A stretch of 64,000 nt of DNA from Octopus sinensis. Its lineage: Eukaryota. The translations under genes were made by a program, and so were the position numbers. The stretch spans positions 29,326,001-29,390,000 of the forward strand of contig NC_043014.1 of assembly GCF_006345805.1 (NCBI RefSeq), written 5' to 3'. The first letter of the stretch is position 1, and every line of letters begins with the position of its first letter. Positions 1-13,401 of this stretch are shown here, one piece after another. Below the pieces are notes generated by a model that did not search any database, had not been told where the DNA came from, and saw nothing but the letters and a program-made list of their open reading frames with translations.

Positions 1-155
1 CATTTTGAGACCATCAGAGAGAGTTGGCAGCAGATGTGTTTCCTGACTAGCGGAACCTATCCCTTCGATAAAAAGTAGAAAAACATACGCTCCGGTCTTG
101 TCAGGTGTTTAGTGGAACAAGGTACGACAGTGAGACCCGATACACTGCAAGGTCC

Positions 156-156
<1 letters not shown>

Positions 157-208
<52 letters not shown>

Positions 209-213
209 ATAGT

Positions 214-293
<80 letters not shown>
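157..293. repeat. (AGT)n/(AGC)n compound microsatellite
   Basis: Direct reading; accounts for the poly-S/L/Y/T ORFs at 101-399. Confidence 0.95.
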
Positions 294-294
<1 letters not shown>

Positions 295-324
295 TTTGTA
301 ATTTAAGCACCAGGTCAACAGTTT

Positions 325-600
325 TAAAGGATTGGGTTTAGTCGAGTCGTCGAACTCAGTATCTGACAAGTACTTCATTTTACCGGCACAGAAATGCAAT
401 AATTGATATCGCCGGTGTTTGAAAATATTCTTTCAAACATTTTAAACATTTCGCCAGCTCTCTGTCCTTTATTTAATGCTTTCTAATTTTGAAACAAAGC
501 CAGCACTTTTCAGCGGACAGGGTTTGTTGATATCTAATTCTGTATTTCACTGGTACTTAGTCTTATCAACCTCGATGGGAGCAGTTTTTTCCGACATTTT
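325..600 (-). mobile_element. Two degenerate fragments of SINE family A
   Basis: Eroded matches to the family-A body (e.g. cactggtacttagtcttatcaacctcg vs aactggtacttaatttatcgaccccg). Confidence 0.45.
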
Positions 601-2299
601 AAGGATACGGCTAATCCACCTGAAATATGGGAATGGATTAGATGATATCATCGAGCCCCCTGATGCTTTCACTATCCTGCTATCTTGCCATCTCAGCAAT
701 CTGTGTTTTCAGGATGTGTCTTCATTTCATTCTATTATTGTTTTCCCAGCAATCTGTCCTTCGCCTGCTTCATATATTCCCACTGCAACTGTGCCTCAGT
801 TATATTTACACCACTGTTAAATCTTTTGCTCTACAGATGTGTGATTCTGTTTTTAGTATGTTTTTGGTTTGATCTTCGAAGGGCGGCAAATCTCAGTCCA
901 TCACCTTCCTCGTCATTGATATCTCCAGTACTTTGACGAACGTGGGGTATTTATATTTGTTGTTTATTTTTATTGTTATTTTTTGTGACAGCTGCTTCTT
1001 CTCACTGACTTCAATAATCTTTTTTTTTTCAACTACTAATTTATGTATTAATTAATTTCATCTGATAAATCAAACTAATGAATGTAATTATATTTATCAA
1101 ATAGAATGTTCAATTAATCTTTATTATTGGATGTTAATTCTGAAGTAAACTGCTGCCTTTATGTTACAAGGTTTTGACAATTTTATTCAATTATATACAT
1201 GAGTTTATGAGTTTACCATGCGTAATCCGAAACGGATTAATATTTTACTGATGTAATTTTATGAATGTTTTTGTGTCTGTGTCATCTTCCTAATTATCCA
1301 TCGGTTTACACAATTACCACGTTTTAAGTGCTGCGTTGAGCAATCTCCTAAGAATAGATCAAATATTTCTGTAAAATCAAATTTCTCATTTTCAACGAGT
1401 TTATAAAAGTTCATTAATAACAGTAGAGTTCTTTTGGGTTTTTTTTTTCAGAATATTAGGTTAATATATTGAGAGTGTATAAAGATTGTATTTATTTTTG
1501 AAAACTTTATTAGTAATTGCACAATTGCTACCAGTGCTACAAACTATGTCAATGAACCATAATCAAGTGTCGTCATAATCTTAGCTTATTTTTTTCTTAA
1601 TGTTGTACGTATAAAACGGACCAAAATGATACTATATCTATAACAACTGAGACTCTTGTTACATTTTCCTTTATATTACTACCGAGTCTCAAATATAACT
1701 TCATAATATGCTATTTTCCTAACTATTTTAGTGGACTTTAAAACTACTTTGTAGTTTCATTTCGAGCGAACTTTATATAAATTTTATTCTCTACCATTTA
1801 CAAGCGAATTCTGCCTATTTTCTGAGATTTACGATTAGTTTATAATGTAACATTTAATGCCAAACGTATTAAATTCATAGGTTCATATCCAGTTTGCTCT
1901 TTTTCTTCTCTCTCTCTTTCTTTCTAGCTCGTTATAGTGATTCACACAAAATCTGTTGCAGTTTGTGTAATATTTGTTTTCAACGTGCAACTTTATTGTC
2001 TGCTGATAAATTAAATATTGCCGATATTAATAGAGACACATTTTTTTGTGCGCAAAAATTCTCTGATCCAACAATAAATTGATGCTTAATGAGATTTTTT
2101 AATGCCAGACTTTAAGAACCCAATACATAATGGAATCTCTTTGCTTTAATCCTAATTGTTCAACAAATTCTAATTATTCAGCATGTGTAATATCTCTTTA
2201 TTTTATCTCTTCTCAAAGCTGATCCATTTTTTTTTATCTCGCGTATTATTTTATATAATGTACGAATTTCTTTCACAAGTCTTTTCTTTTTTTTTCTTT

Positions 2300-3100
2300 T
2301 TTCCCGTGTGTAGTAGTCTTTTAATGAACATTCTGTTGGTAACTACGTTTTTAGATCTACATTCCTACGCTATTTCCTATTCATCTAAATTTCAAGATAT
2401 TAGTTCCTGCTGTACATTTTCTCTTGCGCAGATACTTACTTAACAATATTAATTCTGTAAATTGTGCAAGTCAGCGGATGCATTTTCTAAGTTTAGAAAG
2501 GAAAATAAAAGTCATTCGTAAGACCGCCACCACTCAAGTAATGATCTAAGCCACAAAATATTAATATTTGGCATTCCTGATGCTACCCCGTCTTTATACT
2601 ATTAGCAGTTTACATTTAGTTGAAAATATTTGTTTCCAATCTACTCGTTCCTTCCATCCACCCACCCACTTCTATTCAAAGGAATATACAATTGTAGTAA
2701 AGAAATTGCTAATAATTTTCAAGTTTTGCTTGCCTTTTCATTTCAGTAAATATTTGGCAGTTTATAATGTCAAACTTATTTTACTTCACATGTAAAAAAA
2801 ATATTTTGAGGCCTTGGTTATTGTAACCGATATTTTGTGTATATCTTAATGTTTATCATAGCTAAAATAAATTTCTTCCACATGTTGTTCGAGTTGTAGC
2901 AAGATGAAGTTTCTTTGATAATGTCCGCAGTAATTACTTTAAGTTGCCTTTTATCTAAAACTTTCTGGGAAGTGTTAAGCAAGTAACTTTTGTCCATGGT
3001 TACAGAGAAGTCTCGCTCTTCACTACTTAACTAAGCTTCATTATTATTCCATAGATCAGTATTTAGATTCACTGAGGCAAAATCCCACCTGGATGAAATA
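2300..3100 (-). pseudogene. Decayed Penelope-like element reverse transcriptase
   Basis: Minus-strand conceptual translation with stops/frameshifts gives colinear IIKET.., EIYFSYD (SFD-like), KYFQLN..YKDGVASGMP.INIL (NYFQFN..Q.DGVAMGSP-like) and WWRSYE*LL (WxRYVDD-like). The match is from recollection of PLE RT motifs. Confidence 0.5.
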
Positions 3101-3172
3101 TTTACAGATGGTGAAATGAAAACCAGATAAAAACATTTGATTCAGCTTTAACCATCACACGCACATAAACTG

Positions 3173-3482
3173 GTACTCCGTCGGTTACGACGGTGAGGGT
3201 TCCAGTTGATCAGATCTACGGAATAGCCTACTATTTAAATTAAGTACAGGTGACTGAGCACTCCTTCAGACACGCGTATCCTTAACGCAGTTCTCGGGAA
3301 AATTCAGCGTAACAAAATGTGACAAGGTTGGCCCTTTGAAATACGGTTCTACTCTTGTTTGCCAGCAGAATGGACTGAAACAACGTGAAATAAAGTGTCT
3401 TGCCCAAGAGACACAACGCGCCACCGGGAATCGAACTCACGATTGTAAGCTTAAAACCCTAACCACTTAGCTACGTACCTCC
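3173..3482 (-). mobile_element. tRNA-derived SINE (D-type head/body, C-type tail)
   Basis: Minus strand: A box tagctaagtgg, B box gttcgattccc, body gtctcttgggcaagacactttatttcacgttg; the 3' ~185 nt match 8243-8415. Confidence 0.85.
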
Positions 3483-5711
3483 ACCCAACAATCATACTCA
3501 TGTAGACAAATAAGATTATCTTAAATAGTAAATGTATATGCATCGAATATCATGATGTATTGAAATTATGTCCACTCCAAGTGAAGGCAATTGGAACCAA
3601 TTTCAAATGAGCAAGATAAACGGTTACAAGAATTATCCAAAATTTACATGCCATTAAGGAATAGACAGTCTATAGTCTGGCGACAAAAAGATACCTGTGG
3701 ACATATGTTTCTGCTTCAGTGTGTGCCTTTAGCACAGCCACTGACCTGCCTATCTCTGGCAGTTGAGACATTTAGACACATAGAAAGAAAAAAAAAAGAT
3801 ATACAATATATATATTGCATTATCATATATTATATAATTTTATATATCGATTGTATTAAAAGCTGAAATTTCACAAATCATTACTTCGAGTTTTTTGTTT
3901 CCGATCTTCAGTCGATTACAAAAAATGGGGCATAATAGTTACACAGTAGAAATATTTGAATATCATGACAACCCTTGACTATAGGATCTTATTGTTTGAC
4001 AATACACCCGTTATATCCAGTTTGTCAGCTTTTTCATGCACTTGTAATTCATCCTGTACCGTTTCCACAAAATTGTTATAAATATAATATCATTTAGTTT
4101 TGGTTTGTTTTCGGACCGATTTCGTCGTTTTATGGGCTCTCTACGTTTGTATGCATGTTCATTTCATGTAGCTTATGTCAGGTTCCATTTCCATAAGAAA
4201 TTTGGAGAAAGACGATTGAAACACTTTGGAACACTAGAATATAGAGGAAAGTAACACATTAGACAAAGTTTTTCTTTTTCGTCCACGATTCTTTCCCTCA
4301 AACATAATTATTCATGTGTTTAAACAGTTAACGATTCATATATAAACTACTAGATTAAAAGCCGCACTACGAGCGAACTTTTAAGCTAGCTCCTGCGGAG
4401 GGCTAACTGAGTCTGCGGCCCAAAACTGAAGACAGCAATAATATTAAAGCATTTATTGGTACCCAACCAATATGGTATTACTTTAAATTCAGTTTAAATG
4501 AAAAACTTGTAAGTTCACAAAATTTTGGAGTTCTTCTAAAATTTGAATTTTCAACTGTTAGCAATCATCCAGACCTAATCTTAATGCCGAATGTTCAAGA
4601 ACCAAATGAAGGGCGGATTTTTAATCCTAGGATCATCATGATTCCAAAAAGGTATAATATGTCTATGTAGAGCAAATGTAGACTAAGCTACGGGGGTCTC
4701 GGACGGACAGACAGAATTTCGCATTAATTATTATAGAAATTTCATTATTGAATAAAATTCGATTTCCAACATTCCGGTCAATAATCTCAAATCTAAAGAC
4801 GTTGAATGTCTCTTTCTTTCTTTCTTTCTTTCTTATGTTTAATAACGAACTGAATTATTATAACAAGTTATACCATTGTGTTAGGAGATTCAACAGGTGA
4901 GTAATTCCATTTGTTGTTTACTGAATTCTGTAAGCCATTTTTCTCCCTGAAGAAGATAACCAACTGACACGTTAGACAAACTGTTAGAAATTTCCTCACA
5001 GTACAGAAATTTATTCAAAATTGAGAGCCTCATTAATATACTTCTTCGTTTATTTATGTTTATTCAATATTACCTCTATCAATATAGCTTTGAAACCTAA
5101 TTTTTTCTGTTTCATATATTGGGAGATGAATGATAAAATATTTTTACGAAAACATTATCAAAAGGTTTGCTCAACTATTTCAAAGAATATCTCTAGGAAA
5201 TATTATAGATATCTTTAATAATATTATATGAATAGATTTATGTAATATTATAGGCATTCTCCGAATATTATGGACATGTACGTAAAGTAATTTAGCAAGA
5301 TTCATATCTGTGTATGATTTTGTGTGTGTGCGTGGATGTGTATGTGCGCGCGTGTGTGTCAGTTGTGCATGAGAGAGAGAGAAAGAGAAAGCAGAAGGAG
5401 AGCAGAGAGAGAGGGAGAGCAGAAGGAGAGCAGAGGAGGAGGGAAGAAATGCGTGGATACATGCACATTTACGTGCACGAACATATAAATGTGAGTATAT
5501 GTGCGCTAGTCTGAGTATATGAATATGTATATACGTCTTCATACTTGGACAACATATAATATAAGCATGTCTTGCTCTATACATCTGTACGTTCAAATAA
5601 ATTAGTGTATGTGGTTGTGTATATATATGCTTGTAAGTATGTGAGTATGCCAAAATATGTATTGACCTATGTTTGAATGTTTGCCGTGTGTGTGTGTGCG
5701 TGCGTGCGTGT

Positions 5712-5753
<42 letters not shown>

Positions 5754-6200
5754 GCAGGTCAGACAATTAATACCCTAGACTAGACGTATAATTAGATCCA
5801 TCACTCTTGAGAGTATAATATAGCTGTGTTTGAGACAGTTAACCAAGTCTTCCACCACCCACTTTTAACAGCTTACTGGAAAGATCTTCAAAGCGGACAT
5901 GTTTACTGTCGACCTTCGGTGACATTCAAGTGCCTGCTTTCAATGACTCACCAACAAACCCAATGATGATGCTAGATAAGACAAGACATCTGAAGAACCG
6001 TTTGATATCTCTTCAGAGTTATGTCACACATCCTCTTAAAGTTGTCTCTAAGACTACACATTTCACTTCAGTAGTACATACATACAAACATATATAAATA
6101 CATACGTAAATACCTACCTACCTACATACATATATACATACATACACATACATACATGCATACATACATACATACAAACATACATATATACATATATACA

Positions 6201-6253
<53 letters not shown>

Positions 6254-6261
6254 ACAATATA

Positions 6262-6334
6262 ATAAATAAATAAAATATATGCATATATACATACATATAT
6301 GTATGTACTTACATCTACATGTATATATACAAGC

Positions 6335-6369
<35 letters not shown>

Positions 6370-6677
6370 ATATATATAGATATATATATATATATATGAG
6401 TACAGGACACCACAAATAAACGTAGAACACAACGAGAAACGAAGACATAAAATCAAACAAGGAAACGGACTTTTTTTTAACAACGAAAAAACAAAGTACA
6501 GGACAAACAATACAGGAAAATTCCCCTTCATCAGCTGTCCCTGGTTCGACTCAATGCGTGTTTCGAAGGTAAGAGCAGAACACGGCCAGGCCGAAGCAGT
6601 CCTTCCTACAAAAGGAATTAAATAAAATTCTTTTGCAGAGGGGTAAAACAAGTGACAAGAACAGGACGTAAAAGCAA
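6262..6677 (-). mobile_element. Non-coding interspersed repeat P1 (probably PLE pseudo-LTR-derived) in (TA)n
   Basis: 6398-6677 is the reverse complement of 22481-22769; 6262-6335 matches the module at about 21950-22020 and 22805-22880. Confidence 0.65.
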
Positions 6678-6701
6678 TATATATATATAATATATATATA
6701 T

Positions 6702-6750
<49 letters not shown>

Positions 6751-6760
6751 TATATATGTA

Positions 6761-6841
6761 CTAGCAAAGGCATCCGGCGTTGCCTGGGAATTAAATTTTT
6801 CCCCACATATTGGAAGAATAACAACAACAACAACAACAACA

Positions 6842-6872
<31 letters not shown>

Positions 6873-8110
6873 ACGAAAATATCAGATTTACCACTTTTAT
6901 GAAAGGCGATAAATTCTACTACATATATATTGAAAGAAATTATGTAAGAGCTTCAGAGCATAGACAAGTAAGTCTTGCAAACTACCTACCCTGGAGCAAC
7001 CAACAAAGTTGGCCATGAGAAAATCAAACCAGTAGATTTCAAAGACTGACCTTGAGCTTTATTAATAGACATTACAAAGCAAAGTCGCACTGGGAATTGT
7101 GTTCATTTGAACTGAAATCGCATGTCTGTCGGTTTGATTGGGATTCTTGGAACGGAAACAGAGGCACATCCAGTGATGATGGTAGCTTCTGTCACATTAG
7201 GTGATAATGTCTTCAGAATCGACCTTGTCCCATTGCATAATTTTGGAGGATCTAAATTTCTTACAAGCATTATTGGGACTCCTACTTTCAAAAAAAGTTT
7301 ATGTGGAGGAATTCCAGGTGGCTCAAGAGAATTAAGGATCTCTGTTGGGTAATGGGAAACTTAATTTTCATCAAGAACTGAATCAACTTATTTGTACTTC
7401 TTAATGACTGTTGAAATCCTAGTCATTAATCCATGGTTAATTCTTGCTACTGGATTAAGAATTGCCCTTTCACACAACCATTTATGTGAATTATAACTAT
7501 TACTTAAGTCTGGCAATAGCCTGTTCTTCAATTGAGCTGGGGGATTTATCATGATAGCAATATGAGCCGAACTGGTATCACCATTCGCATCAAGTGGTAC
7601 TTTCCCATTTCCTAATTGAAGGAGCCAGGTTGAAAACTGTTATGCACATCGGTCCCCGTGTAATGAAGCTGGCACGTTAGTATTGAAGGAGAATTTCAGT
7701 ACTTTATTCCGTAGGTGTGAAGACTTAATGCATGCTTTTATTTCATCAGATCTTTTTCGTCTCAGAGTGCATGGTAATGTCTGTCTGAAGTCTCCTGATA
7801 AAACTAATGTAACTCCTCCCATAGATTTATTGTTGCCTTCTATGTGACATGGTGCATTCATTCCAAATGATAAGGTGGCATTGGCACAACGCTTCTGGCG
7901 AATCTGAATCTTTGCTTATGTTACAAATTAGACTGTCACTAAACTAGGTTTAGTGGTAATTTAAAAGCAGAATTCCAGACTTAAGTAATAATTATAATTT
8001 ACATAAATGTCCTCCTGGGAGAATGGTGCCAGCAAAGCCAGACAATGGTACAGCAATTGCAAATTTTTTTTTTTTTTTGCCTTACTTTGGAGAGAAGCAA
8101 TGTTACAAAT
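6761..8110 (-). mobile_element. Helitron 3' remnant: decayed PIF1-family helicase and intact 3' terminus
   Basis: Colinear motifs KTFVTLLLSKVR..IAIAVPLSGFAGTILPGG, SAFKLPLNL, GGVTLVLSGDFRQTLP, KVGVPIMLVRNLDPPKLCNGTR, FPVRLCFVMSINKAQGQSL, FSHGQL.VGCSRVG. The 3' end is cccaggcaacgccggatgcctttgCTAG followed by T, with CTAG at 6761-6764. Confidence 0.92.
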
Positions 8111-8237
8111 GTTTTACGTGTGTCACACACACACATACACAGATACATATACATACAGTATCAAAGCACAGATAAAATAAGTGTGTGTGAGAGAGAGAGA
8201 GAGTGCGTGTGAGTGAAGGGGTGTGTTGCCATATATA

Positions 8238-8608
8238 GGAGCACTCCGTCGGTTACGACGATGAGGGTCCCAGCTGATACGATCAACGGAACAGCTTGCT
8301 CGTGGAATTAACGTGCAAGTGGCTGAGCACTCCACAGACACGTGTACCCTTAACGTAGTTCTCGAGGAGATTCAGCGTGATACAGAGTGTGACAAGGCTG
8401 GCCCTTTGAAATACAGGTACAACAGAAACAGGAAGTAAAAGAAAGTTGCGGTGAAAGAGTACAGCAGGGATCACCACCCCCTGCCGGAGCCTCGTGGAGC
8501 TTTAGGTGTTTTCGCTCAATAAACACTCACAACGCCCGGTCTGGGAATCGAAACCGCGATCCTACGACCGCGAGTCCGCTGCCCTAACCACTGGGCCATT
8601 GCGCCTCC
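8238..8608 (-). mobile_element. Full-length tRNA-derived SINE family C with 13-bp TSD
   Basis: Head ggaggcgcaatggcccagtggttagg...gtttcgattccc (A and B boxes); flanks gttgccatatata (8225-8237) and gttaccatatata (8609-8621), one mismatch. Confidence 0.92.
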
Positions 8609-8697
8609 GTTACCATATATACGTACATGCATAAATAATAGGTGTGCATCTTTCTTGTATATATGTGTGCGCGCGCGAGAGAGAGAGAGCACCTATA

Positions 8698-8753
<56 letters not shown>

Positions 8754-9133
8754 CTACTTAGACACCACTCTCCCTCACACACATACATACAGAAAAGCTG
8801 CATGCATATGTGTTTATGTATGTACGAATATATGACAATACACCCCTTCACTCACTCACTCACACTGACACACACACTATACATAAATGTATACAAATGT
8901 ACATACAAAAACACGTGTGCATGTGTGACTTATAAATGCATAGAGCTGAACATGGCGTGAAAAAGAAAATAAATTAAAAAATTTTACGTAAATAAACGAA
9001 GCGTGCGAGTTTTTTTGGTGCCACATGTTGAACTGCAAAATTTTAACGTGATATTTGTGTAATGAAGAAATGAAACCTGGAGTGAGTGAGTGTGTGCGTG
9101 TGTGTGTATGTGTGTATGTGTGTGTGTGTGTGT

Positions 9134-9165
<32 letters not shown>

Positions 9166-9600
9166 TGATATTGCAAACAATGAATGAGATGGACATGGAA
9201 TGAAAAAATCGTATAACTAAAAGCATGTTGAAAAGTGACTTGTACCAAATACTTAAATTTGTGAAGTCAGTAAAATTTCTTTCAGTAATTTATCATAGTT
9301 GTTTAGAAATAACGGATTAAAACTTGGAAGGAAAACATTAAACTTTAGACTGGGACGGACTTCGCTGTTTTTATGTCAATACCGGAAGTTGACATTGAGA
9401 AACCATTTGAAAGAAGTGAATCTAATGTAGAGAATTTTATAAAAAAATATCCATTTTCGTGAAAGTTAAAACGAATTGAAGTAGACTCGGGTGAATTTTC
9501 AGAAAATCCCCACCGCCTCCTAAAACAGTTAAGCCACACCCCACCCCAAGGAATAACTGCTCAAAAAGTGGGAGACTAGTAGTAATGATAATAAAAGTAA

Positions 9601-9817
9601 TTGTTTCAAATTATGCCACAAGGACAGCAATTTTGAGAACGGGTATAAGTCAATTACTTCCACCCCAGTGCTCAAATGGGACGTATTTTATCGACCTCGA
9701 AAGGATGAAAGGTAAAGTCAACCTCGGCGGAATTTGAACTCAGAACGTAGCGACGGGCGATTTCGTCCACTAAGCATTTCGTCCAGCGTGCTAACGATTC
9801 TGCCAGCTCGCCGCCTT
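9601..9817 (-). mobile_element. SINE family A (tRNA head, CORE-like body)
   Basis: Reverse complement of aaggcggcgagctggcagaatcgttagc...gttcaaattccgccgaggttgactttacctttcatcctttcgaggtcgataaa. Confidence 0.9.
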
Positions 9818-10069
<252 letters not shown>

Positions 10070-10269
10070 ATCCTTTCTACTAAAGGCGCAAGGCCTGATA
10101 TTTGCGGGGAGTGGGCCAGTCGATTAGATCGATCTCAGTACACAACTGGTACTTAATTTATTGACCCCGAAAGGATGAAAGGCAAAGTTGAACTCAGAAC
10201 GTAGCAACGGATGAAATACCGGTAAGCATTCTGTCCGGCGAGCTAACGATTCTACCAGCTCGCCGCCTT
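10070..10269 (-). mobile_element. SINE family A
   Basis: Same head and body as 9601-9817, with a short internal deletion. Confidence 0.9.
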
Positions 10270-10318
10270 AATGATAATAATGATAATAATAATAATGATA
10301 ATAATAATAATGATAGTA

Positions 10319-10858
10319 CCAGGCAGTGGCTCTCATGGCTTCTGATCTTAACTGATTGGAAGTGTTATCATGTACATTGTTTTGTCTTGGTATAAAAGAT
10401 GGGCTACAGCAAATATTCTGCTCAATACCACAGATTTGCTTGTCAGTTGTTTGACCTTAACCAGTTGAGCATGTCCCTTAGTGGCTGACGATATGTGCAT
10501 CTCTGATCACGAGCAGAAGTAGTGGGGGAGCATCATAGCCATGTGCTGAGAAGGATTCTTTGGGGTTTGAATAATTCACCTCTGGAAACATGGGTGTTTC
10601 GTTCAACGTCCTTAAACAACCCTTTTTCAGGGACCTTTTGAGCGGGATGGGTTACTCGATCTGAAGAAAATTCTAACTGGGCTCCACCTGCAAGGTCATG
10701 TGCTGTTTATCTTGATATGAGATCACCATGTCGCGCACATATGGTTGTGATGCATGTGCCTGGTGTACCCTTATCAGACGGGTAGTCATGATGGGTATAC
10801 TGGGCTTCGTATATTTTACCCCAGTGTCACTTTGATGGCATGCTCTGCTCGATCACTC
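10319..10858. mobile_element. Unclassified ~540-bp non-coding element bounded by (AAT)n on both sides
   Basis: Complex sequence with sharp junctions to (AAT/GAT)n at 10270-10318 and from 10859; no coding motif recognised. Repeat status is inferred, as there is only one copy in the window. Confidence 0.5.
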
Positions 10859-10959
10859 AATAATAATAATAATAATGATGATGATAATAATAACAATGGT
10901 GGTGGTGGTGATGATGATGATGATGATGATGAGGAGGAGGAGGAGGAGGAGGAGGAGGA

Positions 10960-11245
10960 TTTCAGAGTTTGGTACAAAGCCAGCAATTTCAGGGACGGGT
11001 GTAAGCAGATTACATTGACCCCCAAAGCTCAACTCGTATTTCTTACATTTATCCCGGAAGGATGAAAGGCAAAGTCGATTTTGGCGGAATTTGAACCCAG
11101 AACTTCGCCCATCACTACGTTCTGAGTTCAAACTCCGCTGAAGTCGACTTTACCTTTCGTCCTTTCGCGATCGATAAAATACGTGCCAGTTGAACATCCC
11201 CGCTCCCAAAACTGCTGCCCTTGTGGCAAAATTTGAAACCATTAT
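10960..11245. mobile_element. Head-to-head pair of 5'-truncated family-A SINEs
   Basis: Minus copy ends ...ttgaacccagaac (11103); 15-nt spacer; plus copy starts gttctgagttcaaactcc (11119). Confidence 0.85.
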
Positions 11246-11436
11246 TATTATCATTATTACTACTCTCCCACCGCCACTTTTTGAACAATTATTCTCTGTT
11301 TTTCCAAATAAATTTTATTTCCAAATTATTCCAAAGAAATTTTATTTCTTTATTTTTGTCATTTTCCTTTTTACACGCTCTGTTATTTCCTCTTACATTG
11401 TAGTGTCTTGTATATAAAGCCCGGCGTGCTAATGTT

Positions 11437-11670
11437 TCTTATTTCTTTATTGCCCACAAGGGGCTAAACATAGAGGGGTCAAACAAGGACAGACAAAGGG
11501 ATTAAGTCGATTACATCGACCCCAGTGTGTAACTGGTACTTAATTTATCGACCCCGAAAGGATGATAGGCAAAGTCGACCTCGGCGAAATTTGAACTCAG
11601 AACGTAACGGCAGACGAAATGCCGCTAAGCATTTCGCCCAGCGTGCTAACGTTTCTGCCAGTTCGCCACC
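11437..11670 (-). mobile_element. SINE family A, full length, long-tail variant
   Basis: Close match to the reverse complement of 25434-25665. Confidence 0.92.
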
Positions 11671-11949
11671 AAATGTAGTTACTGTATTATCAACAACAGG
11701 AACGAGAACGACAACAATCTCAGAAGAAACGACAACGGCGTGCAAGCGTACTGGCCTATACTTTGTAACTGTACACTGGAAATATTAGCCACGTCCGTTT
11801 CAATACACGCTCTACAATCTTCTTAAATAAAAGGACACGTTGGAAAATGTGGTTCTAGTTGCACTGTGCGCATAAATAAGATGTGATTGTCATAGCTGGA
11901 AAGTCTCAATGTATGCTTTCATGATCAAAACAAATGCTGACCTTAACAT

Positions 11950-12415
11950 TAAGATTATCAGCAATCACGACAACAGCTACAGAAGCAGCAGCGACCACCA
12001 TAGCGACAAAAGCGGGAACAACAACAGCAACAGCAGCACAAGCAGTTGTGACAACAGCAACTGCAAAAGCATAAAATAAAAAGATGAATGGTGGCAACTG
12101 CAATCAATAAACGGCAAACGCAATGTCGGATCACCGTGGCGGAATCAGCAACAGCAACCACAGCAGCAGCAGCAGCAACAGCAACAGCAACAACAGCAGA
12201 ACAACACCAGCACCAGTAGCAGCCAGTATATGCAACAAATGCAGCAACAACAAAATTCTTGCCCATACAACATCAGTAGCAGTCGTAACAAATATTGCGC
12301 TCATAGCAGATTCGGCAACAGCAATAACTGCAATCAAACCTGCAATACCAATAATAGCAGCAGCAACAGCAGCATCTGCTGCAGGTATCACAACAATAAC
12401 AACAACAGTATTTAG
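11950..12415. repeat. Degenerate (CAA/CAG)n low-complexity tract
   Basis: Direct reading. Confidence 0.85.
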
Positions 12416-12419
12416 AGGA

Positions 12420-13110
12420 TTTATAGACATGATCCTTTCTAACCCCACACAAGCCTGAAATTTTTAGGCGGGCGGGGGTGGGGGGCTAGTCAGTTACATG
12501 AAGCTCTGTTCTCGACTGCTACTTATTTTATTGACACCGAAAGGGGTGAAAGGTAAAGTCCACGTCAGCGGAATTTGAACTCAGAAAGTAAAGACGGAAT
12601 AAAAATGTGTAAGCATTTAGTCCGTCGTAGTAACGATTCTGCCAGTTCGCCGTCTTATAGTATTGTAGTTATAATGCTTTCAAATTTTGGTACAAAGCCA
12701 GCAATTTCGGGGTGGGGGAGTTAGTCGATTACAACGGCCCCATGTTCGACAAGTACTTTTTTTATTGACTCCAAAAGGATGAAAAAGAAAGTCGACGTAG
12801 ACGGAATTTGAACTCAGAATATAACGGCGGGTGAAATGCCGCTAAGCATTTTGCCCGACGTGCTAACGATTCTGCCTGCTCGCCGCCATCGTAGTTATAA
12901 TCCTTTCTACTAAAGGAACAAAGCTGAAATTTTGTGGCAGGGGACCAGTCGATTACATCGATCCCAGTGCTTCACTGGTACTTGATTTATCGTCCCCGGA
13001 AGGATGAAAGATAAAGTCGACCTCAGCGGAATTTGAACTCAAAGTATGAAGACGGGTGAAATGCAAGTATTTTTGCCCGGCATGCTAACAATTCTGCCAG
13101 CATGCCGCCT
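12420..13110 (-). mobile_element. Three head-to-tail family-A SINEs (about 12420-12655, 12675-12890, 12898-13110)
   Basis: Three successive ggaatttgaactca...ctgccagc blocks on the same strand. Confidence 0.88.
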
Positions 13111-13171
13111 AGGTGTTTATAGTCATAATGGCGACAAAAAACCACTGTAGCAGCAGAAACTGCAGTTATAA

Positions 13172-13401
13172 GGCGGCGAGCTGGCAGAAACGTTAGCACG
13201 CTGGGCAAAATGCTTAGCGGTATTGCGTCTTCGTTACGTTGTGAGTTCAAATTCCGCCGAGGTCGACTTTGCCTATCATCCTTTCGGGGTCGATAAATTA
13301 AGTACCAGTTACGCACTGGGGTCGATATAATCGACTTAATCCGTTTGTCTGTCCTTGTTTCTCCCCTCTATGTTTAGCCCCTTGTGGGCAGTAAAGAAAT
13401 A
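13172..13401 (+). mobile_element. Full-length family-A SINE with perfect 17-bp TSD
   Basis: agaaactgcagttataa at 13155-13171 and 13402-13418; head ggcggcgagctggcagaaacgttagc, B box gagttcaaattcc. Confidence 0.95.

Noticed and set aside
620-950. RTE-like RT C-terminal remnant on the minus strand (RLLRWQDSRIVK)
   Set aside because: Only one short, gapped motif; insufficient without a profile search.
4330-4740. Possible Helentron/DINE-like non-autonomous element (ggacggacagacagaatttcgc end)
   Set aside because: Only the terminal microsatellite-like motif is suggestive, and no boundaries could be defined.
8540-8608. Functional tRNA genes at SINE heads (also 59560-59630 and about 3410-3482)
   Set aside because: A and B boxes are present, but acceptor-stem pairing is absent and the heads run into SINE bodies, one with a TSD.
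9348-9461. Possible plus-strand exon reading TGTDFAVFMSIPEVDIEKPFERSESNVENFIKKYPFS
   Set aside because: Weak acceptor, no convincing donor and no recognised homology.
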